The position numbers were made by a program, and so were the translations under genes. The notes under the pieces are model-generated. The model worked only from the letters and a program-made list of their open reading frames with translations, made no database searches and was not told where the DNA came from. From IMG/VR virus record IMGVR_UViG_3300042445_001340, positions 4,668 through 68,667 of that record: DNA of 64,000 nucleotides; one strand, 5' to 3'. Shown here in pieces: positions 9,601-17,791 of the stretch. This DNA comes from a virus. The first letter of the stretch is position 1, and each line of letters begins with the position of its first letter.

Positions 9601-11477
9601 TTGCAGCAACAAGCGCTGTACATTCCCCAATCTTTTACGACAGCAACAACACGGGCTACTACTTAGACCCTAACAGTCTATCTAACTTATACGATTTGCA
9701 GCTAACTGGCAGTAAACATACTTACTTATACTTAAATCCAGGTAATGACCATGAAGCAATGGTTCGTTACAACGGTGGTTCAGGAAATACTTGGTATGTT
9801 GGTAAGCGAATAACCTCTCAACTAGTTGGCACAGAAAGTTTTCACTTTTATTCTCAAGCTGCTGGCGCTACTGTGGGTGGTGTGGATACTGGTGGTAACA
9901 TGTTTGCTTCTGGCAGTCATCGTGCACCAATCTTCTATGACAACAACGATACAGCTTACTACGCTGACCCGAACTCAACTTCAAACTTCGTTGGTTTAAC
10001 TGTTGCTAATCAAATTAGTGGATCTGTAAGCGGTACCGCCAATGGTCTAAGCAGCAGCAACTACATAAACCGCACAGGTTCTAGCGGCAGCTTAGATACA
10101 GATTTCAGTAATACTCCTGCAGGCACTCAAAGGTATCAAGGAGATGATGCCAGTATATCTAACAGCCCTGGTGGAACTTGGTGGATTTATGAACATAAAC
10201 GCCATAGTAATGCTAGTAGTGTTTGGGGTACTCAAGTTGCGTGGGGTTGGGAAGATAACGCAAATCGTCTAGCCCAACGCAACGTAAGTGGTAGTAGCTG
10301 GAGCGGTTGGGTTTACTATTTAAATAGTGCCAACTACAACAGCTACTCACCAACACTAACAGGTGGGGGTGCATCGGGTACTTGGGGTATTAGTATTAGT
10401 GGAAATGCTGCAACGATTACTGGTCAAGCTAATAGCGCAACGATCACTGCATCAACGGGCGTTACCGGAAGCCACATCGTCCAGCGTGACGGCAACGGTT
10501 ACATCTACGCCAACCACATCAACTTCAACACCAGCGAAACAGAAAACGCTACAATCAACTCGTTCATCACCAGCAACGGCGACGGGTGGTCGCGTAAGTC
10601 ATCACCAGCGCACGTTATTAGCCAGCTTGGCTTGCTTACAACAAGCAACTACAACAGTTATGCGTTTAAGGCAGAAGGGACGTTCTCTGGTGACATTGAC
10701 GCAGATCGTGGCCAGGGCGTCTTTACGCTTGACCCGACGCCAAGTGGAACCCCGCCTATTGCATCGCCAAACATCCGCACGCTTAACATCGGCTCCAATT
10801 TCGCAAGGCGCACTCAGCTTGCGTTTCCGTATGAGTCCGACAGAGCTTTCTTCCGCAGAAGAAACGATGGTGGGTGGAATGGCTGGCGTGAGTTCATTCA
10901 TGACTACAACTACAACAGCTACTCACCAACACTAACAGGTGGGGGTGCATCGGGTACTTGGGGTATTAGTATTAGTGGAAGTTCTGCTTCTACGACGGGT
11001 AATGCAGCTACTGTCTCACATTACGCAAGTAGAACTGATGGATTCGCGTATCCGGTTGGTTGGTTCTCTGGGTCGAACTCGCAGGCATATTCATGTGCTG
11101 CTGTGACTATCACGTCAAGCAGTGGTCAACTTAGTGCATCTATTTTATACTCATCTGGAAACGTTACAGCGTATTCTGATGAGCGTGTTAAAACTAACTG
11201 GCGAGAATATACTTCTAGTTTTGTAGACTTGTTAGCAAATATTAAGCATGGTACTTATGATCGTGTAGATTGCGAGCTAACACAGGATGGTGTTAGTGCT
11301 CAATCTTTACAAAAGCTTCTTCCGTATTCTGTGATAACTAATGCAGAAGATAAATTATCTGTAAACTACGGCAGTGCTGCAATGGTATCGGCTATTGAAC
11401 TAGCAAAACGAGTTGTTGAACAAGATCTGCGAATTGCCAAATTAGAAGCCTTGGTAGCACAACTACTGGCTAAATAA
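3660..11477 (+). CDS. Long modular tail fibre (2605 aa) with C-terminal intramolecular chaperone (peptidase S74)
   Basis: N-terminal LSNAEIDNNF and DNTSDANKPVSTA motifs; repeated linkers; C-terminal YSDERVKTN...GVSAQ...SVNYG plus coiled coil. Confidence 0.9.
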   Translation: MAIITTREVGATAKGTTLSNAEIDNNFINLNTDIATRIPASEKGVVNGVATLDDAGKVPATQLPSYVDDVQEAANLAAFPATGETGKIYVALDTNKTYRWSGSVYVYITSGAVDSVAGKTGVVTLNNSDVGLANVDNTSDANKPVSTATQTALNTKQAALGYTPVNKAGDTITGDLLNSAAYSAPNNASGAGTKVLISGSTGTGAAGAAGGNGYIEVLGSGATSSFAWTDFTGDSARRRGGVHIKSGTAQADVADTYRHGSYIDIIASNGTNSQTLIGDGGRVLVRSGGGGGYGGIPNNGASITLLGATSTSSGRVVLASGSYSGASFTSNPGSSIDISAATAEASSSIRLYIGQAGGGSNVPGSVSGKAYVNRGTDYEILDAGNYSSYAQPLLVSGTTIKTINGTSVLGSGDIVISALPLTGGTLTGTIIIGGSVAAPADSTATALSYGRLQGYGHIHINADTDQSTTEFVYITAGYATANSSSANGLAVGNTTLTWKDNAVLHAGNYNSYALPLSGGTITGTLFINSGTGAADYNDLWLGGAGGWATNESHGINAYYGSLASPSIFTRVDSLFDGTKAIMRWKNFYFGQAPQTSTVMTLTATSATSAALDVTGAITQAGNQVLHAGNYTNYKPPLLAPINVTSTSVSNWNPQGLTYQAWGQAFVHSSISADSGDVTWWLRPSEYVAGGTELCMIIDGDYYAGTGAHKVLHAGNYNSYSPTLTGGGASGTWGISVTGSAGSISTAGGYTLTGNSTEGVSSSWIGFPNGQGIWSTVNNAHLLPNNTGSYGSWYMYGSRNGWFGLHFGSGSTLMMNSTEVGFHREGYGWQMRWSAGVGYVHKDVAGGGTEATILDSSNYNSYSPTLTGGNASGTWGISITGNAATATNASQLNGLSKVQLWNNSGQGHSTYQSFGAVPNFGMWFMQNSVAADSPQTGSQYYVQTEGLGNDYAYGTYGLMTAVARDHVVKYTYYRTQEGGSWGAWVKAAAGYADTAGSSTSASYAIAINVPSQQTEYIILDGPANGPVIKVRYDGGTANRYIDIGTKDGNGVYTTGLKIWNGDTPTWSGNTILHAGNYNSYAPTLTGGGASGTWGISITGSASTASSLPTAYAGGIQSNPQVYFNENIGLKVAMTGVPFAWCDTLWINGYSGADVPNMLAIHTARNGQARMWISTQSNRGSSYGTQYEIPSYGLNYDSGDLYAKVYYDSQDTSYYVDPNSGSRLAHIFAGNVASSNDGGWNARMNLVGSSHARLDVVSNSDGIITTMSSHTGQGVGKVGTYSSHPLVLVAQGAVEGGSVYNGSLRSPIFYDSDNTAYYIDPNSTSDSALRMRGGALFGPNTSWNASLYVGGNGRVGTSATVAVTNGNLHIDAQDGYSLYLNWYNTANIYTQSNLGVGTSSADYRLHVHGTGLATSDFRAPIFYDSNDTSYYVDPNSSSRLVNLGLGGVTPDVRLSVSGDGHFSGVIYLGGTAGSYNSWGSRDYTTSGLRYFNAQRYQFNNFGYGSTYTIDIDASGNLIASNSVRAPIFYDSDDTGYYTDPASESNLLALKVRGNPVSTYNQTQSDFTAGTLVLTNIVSSGFAGDSFRLEVKGKSYGSGLPYSFLAEGYIYSDTIINVTGIHLGFNAFSTIKVFNYNGVLGFWWPRAGYWHSFEIKVIATSNVQGNQNRVTNVYDSAEPTDSFVTKKVNITMAYYMRGDTGATNASSLSAPIFYDSNDTSYYVDPNSTSYQRNLFLGAHDSGASEFRFGEDSSGWYGDRWYWDSSFTLYRYSRHAGTDSLIHYHDTRDASRITYGRNIVFDDYGKGIVGLYDSTRYQGVFAMGDSYKLPANGTTTGNLYGIAWSHPNAGGVAGNLNTHGALILENGTFLAALSGSIRSRDDMRTQIFYDSNDTSYYVDPNSQTRLWYTSVNVGQETTGGANSSNAGLVLRGNYNSNTWAHKFHKFDNGTGVPLYLSTTVGTDVWSPRQAWGSGLTYDSQVFGSFAATSAVHSPIFYDSNNTGYYLDPNSLSNLYDLQLTGSKHTYLYLNPGNDHEAMVRYNGGSGNTWYVGKRITSQLVGTESFHFYSQAAGATVGGVDTGGNMFASGSHRAPIFYDNNDTAYYADPNSTSNFVGLTVANQISGSVSGTANGLSSSNYINRTGSSGSLDTDFSNTPAGTQRYQGDDASISNSPGGTWWIYEHKRHSNASSVWGTQVAWGWEDNANRLAQRNVSGSSWSGWVYYLNSANYNSYSPTLTGGGASGTWGISISGNAATITGQANSATITASTGVTGSHIVQRDGNGYIYANHINFNTSETENATINSFITSNGDGWSRKSSPAHVISQLGLLTTSNYNSYAFKAEGTFSGDIDADRGQGVFTLDPTPSGTPPIASPNIRTLNIGSNFARRTQLAFPYESDRAFFRRRNDGGWNGWREFIHDYNYNSYSPTLTGGGASGTWGISISGSSASTTGNAATVSHYASRTDGFAYPVGWFSGSNSQAYSCAAVTITSSSGQLSASILYSSGNVTAYSDERVKTNWREYTSSFVDLLANIKHGTYDRVDCELTQDGVSAQSLQKLLPYSVITNAEDKLSVNYGSAAMVSAIELAKRVVEQDLRIAKLEALVAQLLAK
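10331..10980 (+). repeat. Perfect 74-nt direct repeat (10331-10404 and 10907-10980) flanking a tail-fibre module
   Basis: caactacaacagctactcaccaacactaacaggtgggggtgcatcgggtacttggggtattagtattagtggaa occurs twice. Confidence 0.9.
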
Positions 11478-11530
11478 AACCAAGAACGCCCCTTGTGGCG
11501 TTCTATCAATCATATTTTAGGAGAAAATAA

Positions 11531-11893
11531 ATGATTACTTATACATGGAAAGTTACCGGGTTAAAAATCAAGGACATTGATACAACTCGACCAAATGCTA
11601 TTGTACAAACATACTGGCAAAAAATTGGCACTGATGAGAATGGCAACGAAGGAACGTTTTCAGGAGCTACCCCATTTACGGTAGATCCCTTAGATGATTC
11701 TGGCCCTTTTAAACCTTTTGCTGAACTAACAGAAGCCGATATTGTTGCTTGGATTCAAACAGTGGTAACTGGCGGATATGAACAGCACGTTAACTCAAAA
11801 ATTTTGGAACAAATCCAACAAAAGATTGAGCCTGTAACTGACGCTGCACTACCGTGGGCACCAGTTACAACCCCAACAACACCAGCACCTTAA
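11531..11893 (+). CDS. Tail-fibre-associated small protein (paralogue 1)
   Basis: TYTWKV...FKPFAELTEADIVAWIQ...LPW; follows the fibre gene; SD aggag. Confidence 0.7.
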   Translation: MITYTWKVTGLKIKDIDTTRPNAIVQTYWQKIGTDENGNEGTFSGATPFTVDPLDDSGPFKPFAELTEADIVAWIQTVVTGGYEQHVNSKILEQIQQKIEPVTDAALPWAPVTTPTTPAP

Positions 11894-11902
11894 GGAAACA
11901 CA

Positions 11903-12265
11903 ATGTCAGCTGATTTTACAATTAAAATAACAGGACTACGCACAGCTACTGTTGGTGGCATTGCCGATGCCGTTAAACAAGTTGAATGGACCCTAAGTGG
12001 CAGCGAAGCGTCACAAACGTTTGAACTGCCCCAAACCACACAAGTACCAGACCCTCAAGCGGAGGGATTTGTGCCACTTGAAAACTTAACAGAAGCACAA
12101 GTAATTGCCTGGATCGAAACTCACGAACCACGATTACCAAGCATCCGTGCGCACATTCAAACAGTGCTGGATCGTGAAGTTGCAAAGGCAGCACTAACCT
12201 CAGCACCAATGCCTTGGGCACCTGTTGCTGAAACACCTCCAGTATCCGAAGCTCCCGCAGCTTAA
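11903..12265 (+). CDS. Tail-fibre-associated small protein (paralogue 2)
   Basis: FVPLENLTEAQVIAWIE...MPW, same motif as the previous ORF. Confidence 0.7.
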   Translation: MSADFTIKITGLRTATVGGIADAVKQVEWTLSGSEASQTFELPQTTQVPDPQAEGFVPLENLTEAQVIAWIETHEPRLPSIRAHIQTVLDREVAKAALTSAPMPWAPVAETPPVSEAPAA

Positions 12266-12271
12266 ACACTA

Positions 12272-12298
12272 AAAGCGGCCCAGTGCCGCTTTTATTTT
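12272..12298 (+). terminator. Rho-independent terminator
   Basis: aagcggc-ccagt-gccgctt followed by a T-rich tract. Confidence 0.6.
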
Positions 12299-12312
12299 AT
12301 GGAAAACAAAAA

Positions 12313-12732
12313 ATGTTTTGGATACTAGAAATTTTTCCACATTGGTTTTGGTGGTTGTTACTAACAGCCGGAGTTTTCGCCTATTTTTTAGCACACTTTG
12401 TTCCGGTAAAAACGTACCAATTGCCAATTAAAATTATCAGTGGTGTGGTAGTAGCTGCGGTAATTTTTATAATGGGACTGTTATACGCCGATGGTGTATG
12501 GCAGCAAGCTGCCAGTGAGCTACAAGCTCAAGTAAAGGTTGCCGAAGCTAAGTCACAGCAAGTAAATACTGTGGTAGAAGAACGTGTGGTAACCAAAACA
12601 CAAGTTGTACGTCAGCGTGGTGCTACTACCATAGAGTACGTTACGCGTGAAGTAGTCAAGCACGATCCCAGTTGCGTAATACCCCAAGAGTTCGTTAGTG
12701 CACACAATCAGGCAGCCGAGGTACCCCAATGA
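12313..12732 (+). CDS. Inner-membrane spanin (Rz-like)
   Basis: N-terminal TM helices, coiled coil, C-terminal CVIPQEFVSAHNQAA; overlaps the lipoprotein gene. Confidence 0.75.
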   Translation: MFWILEIFPHWFWWLLLTAGVFAYFLAHFVPVKTYQLPIKIISGVVVAAVIFIMGLLYADGVWQQAASELQAQVKVAEAKSQQVNTVVEERVVTKTQVVRQRGATTIEYVTREVVKHDPSCVIPQEFVSAHNQAAEVPQ

Positions 12733-12995
12733 AACTAACACTATTACTACCTGCGCTACTACTAGCTGGATGTACTACGGTTGTGCCGGTTACAAGCAAG
12801 TGGCCTAATGCACCTGGCGTACTAGTACAGCAGCCTTGCCCGCAATTGCAAAAATTACCGGAAAATTCCAAACTGTCTGATGTTGCCACTACAGTAGTAC
12901 AAAATTATACTCAATACTACGAGTGTGCTGTTAAATTAGAAGCTTGGCAACGTTGGTACAGTGAGCAACAAACTATCCACGAAGGATTAAAATGA
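12729..12995 (+). CDS. Outer-membrane spanin lipoprotein (Rz1-like)
   Basis: Lipobox LLAGC, Pro-rich segment, YYECAVK. Confidence 0.8.
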   Translation: MKLTLLLPALLLAGCTTVVPVTSKWPNAPGVLVQQPCPQLQKLPENSKLSDVATTVVQNYTQYYECAVKLEAWQRWYSEQQTIHEGLK

Positions 12996-13618
12996 CTGAA
13001 TTGACACTACAACAACTGCAACAACTTATTCCCAAAAATCCTTATGTGCAACAATGGCACAATGCTTTAAGTCAACTGCTACCTGACTACGAAATTAATA
13101 CCCCACAGCGTATTGCGGCTTTTGTTGCACAGTGTGCACATGAGTCCGGAAACTTTACTCAACTACGTGAAAACTTAAACTACCGCTGGCAAACGCTGCG
13201 TAAGATATTTCCCAAGTATTTTCCTACTGATGAAAAGGCACAGCAGTATGCTAGCATGCCAAACAAGCAGCAAGCAATTGCTAACTTGGTATATGCTAAT
13301 CGCATGGGCAACGGGCCTCCAGAGTCAGGTGATGGGTACCGTTTTGCAGGCAAAGGCCTTATACAGTTAACCGGCAAAGAAAACTACACTTGGTTCGCAG
13401 CATCTCTAGATATTAGTGTAGACGCGGCAGCAGAGTATTTAGAAACATTTGAAGGAGCTGCTCAAAGTGCTTGCTGGTTTTGGGAAACAAATAAACTAAA
13501 CACTTGGGCTGATCGTGGGGATATTTTAACCCTAACCAAACGTATTAATGGTGGCACTATTGGTTTAGATGACCGCATCAAACACTATGAACATGCCCTG
13601 CACGTACTAGGAGCATAA
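12992..13618 (+). CDS. Endolysin, glycoside hydrolase family 19
   Basis: AAFVAQCAHES, ENLNY, YANRMGNG, GDGYRFAGKGLIQLTG, TKRINGG. Confidence 0.92.
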   Translation: MTELTLQQLQQLIPKNPYVQQWHNALSQLLPDYEINTPQRIAAFVAQCAHESGNFTQLRENLNYRWQTLRKIFPKYFPTDEKAQQYASMPNKQQAIANLVYANRMGNGPPESGDGYRFAGKGLIQLTGKENYTWFAASLDISVDAAAEYLETFEGAAQSACWFWETNKLNTWADRGDILTLTKRINGGTIGLDDRIKHYEHALHVLGA

Positions 13619-13619
13619 C

Positions 13620-14156
13620 TTGCTACAACGTATAATTTTAGCACTTGCGCTTGTAGGCTGTACTATTGCCCAAGCCCAAGACCTTAATAACATAGTAAAT
13701 ACTAACAGTACTGTTAACACACGTAGTGATAGTACTGTTAGATCTCCTCCAGCATCAGCTATTTCGCCAACTATAAACACTGCTAATAGTGATTTATGTG
13801 TGGTAGGTGTAGCAGGAGCTGTACAGACACAAATTCTAGGTATTAGTGCCGGCAGCACTGTAACAGACCTAAACTGTGAACGACTAAAGCTATCAAAAAC
13901 GCTGTATGATATGGGCATGAAAGTAGCGGCTGTTTCAACACTTTGTCAGGATCGTCGTGTGTTTGATGCCATGATGCAGGCTGGCACACCTTGTCCGTAT
14001 GACGGAACAATCGGTGCAGAAGCAAAAGCCGCTTGGAAAGCAAATGAGTCGCAACAACCTGGTGCTTCTCAACCAACTCGTGGAATGAGCAATGAAACTA
14101 AAACACTACTTGGTGCTGGCGGTTTACTGTCTTTGTTACTCTTACTCTTACTCTGA
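13620..14156 (+). CDS. Secreted Cys-containing protein with a C-terminal hydrophobic tail
   Basis: TTG start after SD aggag; signal peptide ending AQA; Cys pairs; C-terminal LLGAGGLLSLLLLLLL. Confidence 0.65.
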   Translation: MLQRIILALALVGCTIAQAQDLNNIVNTNSTVNTRSDSTVRSPPASAISPTINTANSDLCVVGVAGAVQTQILGISAGSTVTDLNCERLKLSKTLYDMGMKVAAVSTLCQDRRVFDAMMQAGTPCPYDGTIGAEAKAAWKANESQQPGASQPTRGMSNETKTLLGAGGLLSLLLLLLL

Positions 14157-14937
14157 AACAGTAATTGGAAGTACTCAAAATGCTGCTAGTAGTGGGTTAT
14201 CGTGGGTAATGACTAATATTTTGCCGCAAGCCGCAGGTTTAACTGTTGGTGCCGTTAGATATAGCTACACAACTGTAAAATTACCAAGTGATCCACTGCT
14301 AGTAACTGTTGAAAATGCACACAGCAAAACTTCAGGATATATTTTTCGAAGTCAAGATGACTGGACCGGATTACCTGGTAATACTCTAGTTAAAACAGTG
14401 CCTGTTAATAACATACCAGGCAGCTTGTGGGGGCCTGGTAGTATAACTGCCACAGGAACCGGAAGCGTAGAAAACCCACAAGTAAACTACTCTTTTAGAT
14501 ACGATACTTGTTTTGGAACTACAAGCACTGATCCAAGCTGTTTAAACTATAAATCACCAACTTTATCTAATAACTACACTGAGTCTACACTCACACCACA
14601 AGAGTTTAAGGTGTGGGAACAACCAGAAGAAGAGCGAGTCTACGCTCAACGACTGCTACAAGCCGAGCAGACAAAAAAACCTCAAGCGCTTAAAAGCTCA
14701 AACACAAACTTGCTTGCCAATTATGCAACTGCAGCATCGCTGTTTGCACAGAATAACTTACCTGGTATTACCCAGTATAGCCGCGCAATACCAGGTGGTG
14801 TTTATCTAGAAACTGTAAAACTCAGGGATTCGCGCTTACCTGATAGTCGAAATAGCGCTAGAATAAGTTTTAGTCAAGAACGCCTGCATACCAGGATGGT
14901 TGACCAACAATATAATCGAGGAATAAAAAATGATTAA
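14092..14937 (+). CDS. Secreted protein of unknown function (possible adhesin/tip subunit)
   Basis: Signal-like N-terminus; beta-rich N-domain ending in the Cys pair CFGTTSTDPSC. Confidence 0.55.
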   Translation: MKLKHYLVLAVYCLCYSYSYSETVIGSTQNAASSGLSWVMTNILPQAAGLTVGAVRYSYTTVKLPSDPLLVTVENAHSKTSGYIFRSQDDWTGLPGNTLVKTVPVNNIPGSLWGPGSITATGTGSVENPQVNYSFRYDTCFGTTSTDPSCLNYKSPTLSNNYTESTLTPQEFKVWEQPEEERVYAQRLLQAEQTKKPQALKSSNTNLLANYATAASLFAQNNLPGITQYSRAIPGGVYLETVKLRDSRLPDSRNSARISFSQERLHTRMVDQQYNRGIKND

Positions 14938-15421
14938 ATCTATATTACTAGCACTTGCATTTTGCACTGGTGTTCAGGCAGCAGAAGTACCTATTCGTGG
15001 AATGGTAACTCCTAAGTGCGTTATTAACACAGATACTCCAGGTGTTTACGGTAACCCAACGCCAGGACTATTAAGCACGGACCGTACGGATGGTGGTATT
15101 ACCCCCGTTATTCGCTACGATGTTGTAGAGGCAGGATTTTACAAAGCAATTATTACTGTTCCAAACGCCTTTACTACTAGCCCGTCACTAACAGATGCTG
15201 TTAATTGGGCTGGTAGCGTTGCAGTTAGTAAAGTTACTAACCCAAGCATGTCTGCATACACAACAAATAGTCGAGTATATAATAACACAACCGAATTTGA
15301 TTTAACTGTTCCAGGAACTGTGTGGTTTAGTGCCACATCAAAGGTACAGTATGGTTTTAATAAATCATTTCCAGCTGGTGAGTATCGTGCAGTTGTTTTA
15401 GCAGAGTGCATTGCCTTATAA
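14930..15421 (+). CDS. Secreted fimbrial-pilin-like protein
   Basis: Signal peptide VQA-A; N-terminal IRGMVTPKC and C-terminal PAGEYRAVVLAEC resemble chaperone-usher pilin strand motifs. Confidence 0.5.
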   Translation: MIKSILLALAFCTGVQAAEVPIRGMVTPKCVINTDTPGVYGNPTPGLLSTDRTDGGITPVIRYDVVEAGFYKAIITVPNAFTTSPSLTDAVNWAGSVAVSKVTNPSMSAYTTNSRVYNNTTEFDLTVPGTVWFSATSKVQYGFNKSFPAGEYRAVVLAECIAL

Positions 15422-15425
15422 GCTA

Positions 15426-15806
15426 ATGTTTCGATTATTAATATTCACACTGATGTGGGTGTGTACCAATGCATATTCACATCAATTTACTCCAACTTAC
15501 GTTAAGTTTGACCAATCTTTTGTTGAAGGTATTGCTCAAACAAAAATGGAGCTATTTAATAAACGTCGTGAAGTAGAGTACTATGAACTAGGGGTGTTTA
15601 CGGAGGATTGGCAACCTGTGAACTTTGCTTCCGAAAATAAGGTAATACATATAAGATATCTTGAAACAAAAAAGATAAATATATATGTAAAATTTCAAGA
15701 CGTTAAACGAGTAGTATACCTATGCACTGAATCACGTCTTCGACGTGAAGACGCTAAGGATACAGTAATATCTTCAAAAATATGTTCTAAAGTTAAAAAT
15801 GATTAG
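15426..15806 (+). CDS. Secreted PapD-like chaperone-type protein
   Basis: Signal peptide; FTPTY...MELFNKRREVEYYELGVF resembles a pilus chaperone N-domain; single domain only. Confidence 0.4.
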   Translation: MFRLLIFTLMWVCTNAYSHQFTPTYVKFDQSFVEGIAQTKMELFNKRREVEYYELGVFTEDWQPVNFASENKVIHIRYLETKKINIYVKFQDVKRVVYLCTESRLRREDAKDTVISSKICSKVKND

Positions 15807-16215
15807 ACTTATACTATTAGGTATTTTAATTCTAGTTAATTCAGGTGCTGCTTTTGCTAACCCTAACTCACTAAATTTATCACTGCCAGGTTCAATGGGC
15901 AGCTTTCAAAGCGATAGTTTTCGTGCAGATGGGCTAGACTGCTCAATGGCAATAGGGTCTAGCACAAACTTAGAATTTGGAGTTGTTGGCGTTATAAACA
16001 ATAACAATACTGGTATTAGTACTTCACCAAATACACCAAATCGAGATATTGGTGTGTATGGTAGAATTACTATACCTATAGGTGCTCCACGAGAACGGCT
16101 AGACTGTAATGAGCTTTATCAGCTAGAATTGCGAAAAAAGCGTATGGAAGTACAACGTCTAGAACGTGAACTACAGAACCTTAAGAATTTACGCTTTGAA
16201 AATACGCCTAAATAA
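15799..16215 (+). CDS. Secreted protein with a Cys-flanked amphipathic beta-hairpin and C-terminal coiled coil
   Basis: Signal AFA; LDCSMAIG...LEFGVVG...IGVYGRITIPIG...LDCNELYQLELRKKRMEVQRLERE. Confidence 0.6.
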   Translation: MIRLILLGILILVNSGAAFANPNSLNLSLPGSMGSFQSDSFRADGLDCSMAIGSSTNLEFGVVGVINNNNTGISTSPNTPNRDIGVYGRITIPIGAPRERLDCNELYQLELRKKRMEVQRLERELQNLKNLRFENTPK

Positions 16216-16224
16216 GGAGCTATT

Positions 16225-16803
16225 ATGGCACAAGATTTAAACAAAAAAGTAGAAGAACTAGAAACCGCTGCAAAGCAGTACGCAAGTAAAGATACAGTTA
16301 TTTCAATTGGCGGATATGAGTTTACTCCAGCCAAGTTAATGGTAGTTTTTACACTAGTAAGTTCACTACTTGGCGGTCTTTATGGTGCTTTTGAAGTATA
16401 CAAAGACTATCAAGGCATGAAAAAGAAAATAGCGGAGTATGTTTCTCCTGACTTGTCGCAGTTTGATAAGCGTTTAGCTATTATTGAGGAAAATTCGTCA
16501 AAAACAACAGACTATACTCGTGATATAAAAACTGATCTAAAACAAGATATTCGTCGCAATGAGTCAGTAACAGAACAAGTTGAGCGAAGTGTAAAGCAAG
16601 CTCAGCGTGAAACTGAACAAGAAACTCGGCAGGCTCGCAAAGATGTTCGTGAAGATTTAGACAAAGCAAAAAGCGAAGTTAATGCAATCCGCAAAGAAAT
16701 GGCAGATGCACGACGTGAAATATCACGTGAAGTCGAAATCCTTAAAAAGGAAGTTGACAGTAAGATTCAAAAAGCCATTGATAACCCACTAGCAGGAAAA
16801 TAA
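16225..16803 (+). CDS. Membrane-anchored coiled-coil protein
   Basis: One TM (LMVVFTLVSSLLGGLYGAF) followed by a long coiled coil. Confidence 0.7.
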   Translation: MAQDLNKKVEELETAAKQYASKDTVISIGGYEFTPAKLMVVFTLVSSLLGGLYGAFEVYKDYQGMKKKIAEYVSPDLSQFDKRLAIIEENSSKTTDYTRDIKTDLKQDIRRNESVTEQVERSVKQAQRETEQETRQARKDVREDLDKAKSEVNAIRKEMADARREISREVEILKKEVDSKIQKAIDNPLAGK

Positions 16804-17073
16804 ATGCAACACGATTTAAGACTATTTAAATGGCTAGGACTATTAATTATACTACCAGTGGCATTAGCTTTTTTTGGTGGTGATCGTTTTCGCTATCCGT
16901 GTCAAAACCCAGATAACTGGGAAGCACCACAATGCAAACGACCAATCTGCGATGTAACACGTACATGTCCGGACCATATATTTAAAGGTCAACGTGATCC
17001 GCGTATTGACCCACAAGCCACTAACGCACCAACCCTTTCAACTACAATACCAGGAGTCTCCTGTGCAAAATAA
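16804..17073 (+). CDS. Small membrane-anchored Cys-rich protein
   Basis: TM then FRYPCQNPDNW...CKRPICDVTRTCP. Confidence 0.65.
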   Translation: MQHDLRLFKWLGLLIILPVALAFFGGDRFRYPCQNPDNWEAPQCKRPICDVTRTCPDHIFKGQRDPRIDPQATNAPTLSTTIPGVSCAK

Positions 17074-17515
17074 TTCGCTACTGTATACAGACGACCAATT
17101 AATGGCTCGTCTGAAATTTTTTATTGGCATTTGCTTAGCACTAACACTAACAGGTATTGTGTTTGTTGTATTATATTCATTGATATTTGTAACGCAGCCA
17201 CTAAATGCTATTAGTCCAATAGACCAAAAATTCTTTGAGTTAATTGTACCTATTGCTACATTTTTAACTGGCACACTGTCAGGAATTATGTTAGCAGGTG
17301 GAAGTAAAGAAGAGGTTGACGCTTCAATTGCATTAATGAAACAAGCTCAGGAAAATGCTTCTGCAGCGGCTAAGACGTCCTATATTCCTAAGCAAGAGCC
17401 TACATTTAATCCAAGCTTTTCTACTACAACAGGATTCAACGGCACAGCCACAGCCGAGATCAGATTTATAAACGGCAAGCCAGCTCCGCAGCTTGCACCC
17501 CAACCGGAGATTTAA
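17063..17515 (+). CDS. Two-TM membrane protein, possible holin
   Basis: GTG start after aggag; two hydrophobic helices; no other holin candidate near the endolysin. Confidence 0.5.
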   Translation: MQNNSLLYTDDQLMARLKFFIGICLALTLTGIVFVVLYSLIFVTQPLNAISPIDQKFFELIVPIATFLTGTLSGIMLAGGSKEEVDASIALMKQAQENASAAAKTSYIPKQEPTFNPSFSTTTGFNGTATAEIRFINGKPAPQLAPQPEI

Positions 17516-17713
17516 ATGAAACAACCACTAATTACACTTGCATTAGTTTTAAGCTTATTGGCGCCAGCAGCAGTTTTTGCCACCGCTGAAACCAAGCGGG
17601 TGTGTGTTGAGCAGGTCGATGCCAAAACCAAAAAGCCCAAAGAAGTGTGCAAAGAAGTAAAAGTTCATAAAAAGCTAGAAGGTACAAAAGTGCCAGAAAA
17701 GCATGGTAAATAA
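17516..17713 (+). CDS. Small secreted basic protein
   Basis: Signal peptide; RVC...EVCKEVKVHKKLEGTKVP. Confidence 0.6.
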   Translation: MKQPLITLALVLSLLAPAAVFATAETKRVCVEQVDAKTKKPKEVCKEVKVHKKLEGTKVPEKHGK

Positions 17714-17722
17714 TTTTTTAAT

Positions 17723-17751
17723 TGACACGAGGTAAATCCTGTGGTAAAATA
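17723..17751 (+). promoter_or_regulatory. sigma70-type promoter for phoH
   Basis: TTGACA-17 nt-TAAAAT. Confidence 0.65.
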
Positions 17752-17791
17752 ATGCGTTACCCAGGATTTTTATCAACCAACAAGGAAGTAC

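Noticed and set aside
10363-10935. 190-aa alternative-frame ORF in the tail fibre, and other antisense or shadow ORFs in the track
   Set aside because: They overlap well-supported genes, lack SDs or motifs, and are explained by codon bias.
5170-10980. CRISPR array or DGR in the tail fibre repeats
   Set aside because: The repeats are in-frame coding linkers with long, irregular spacing. There is no adenine-specific TR/VR pair and no reverse transcriptase or cas gene.
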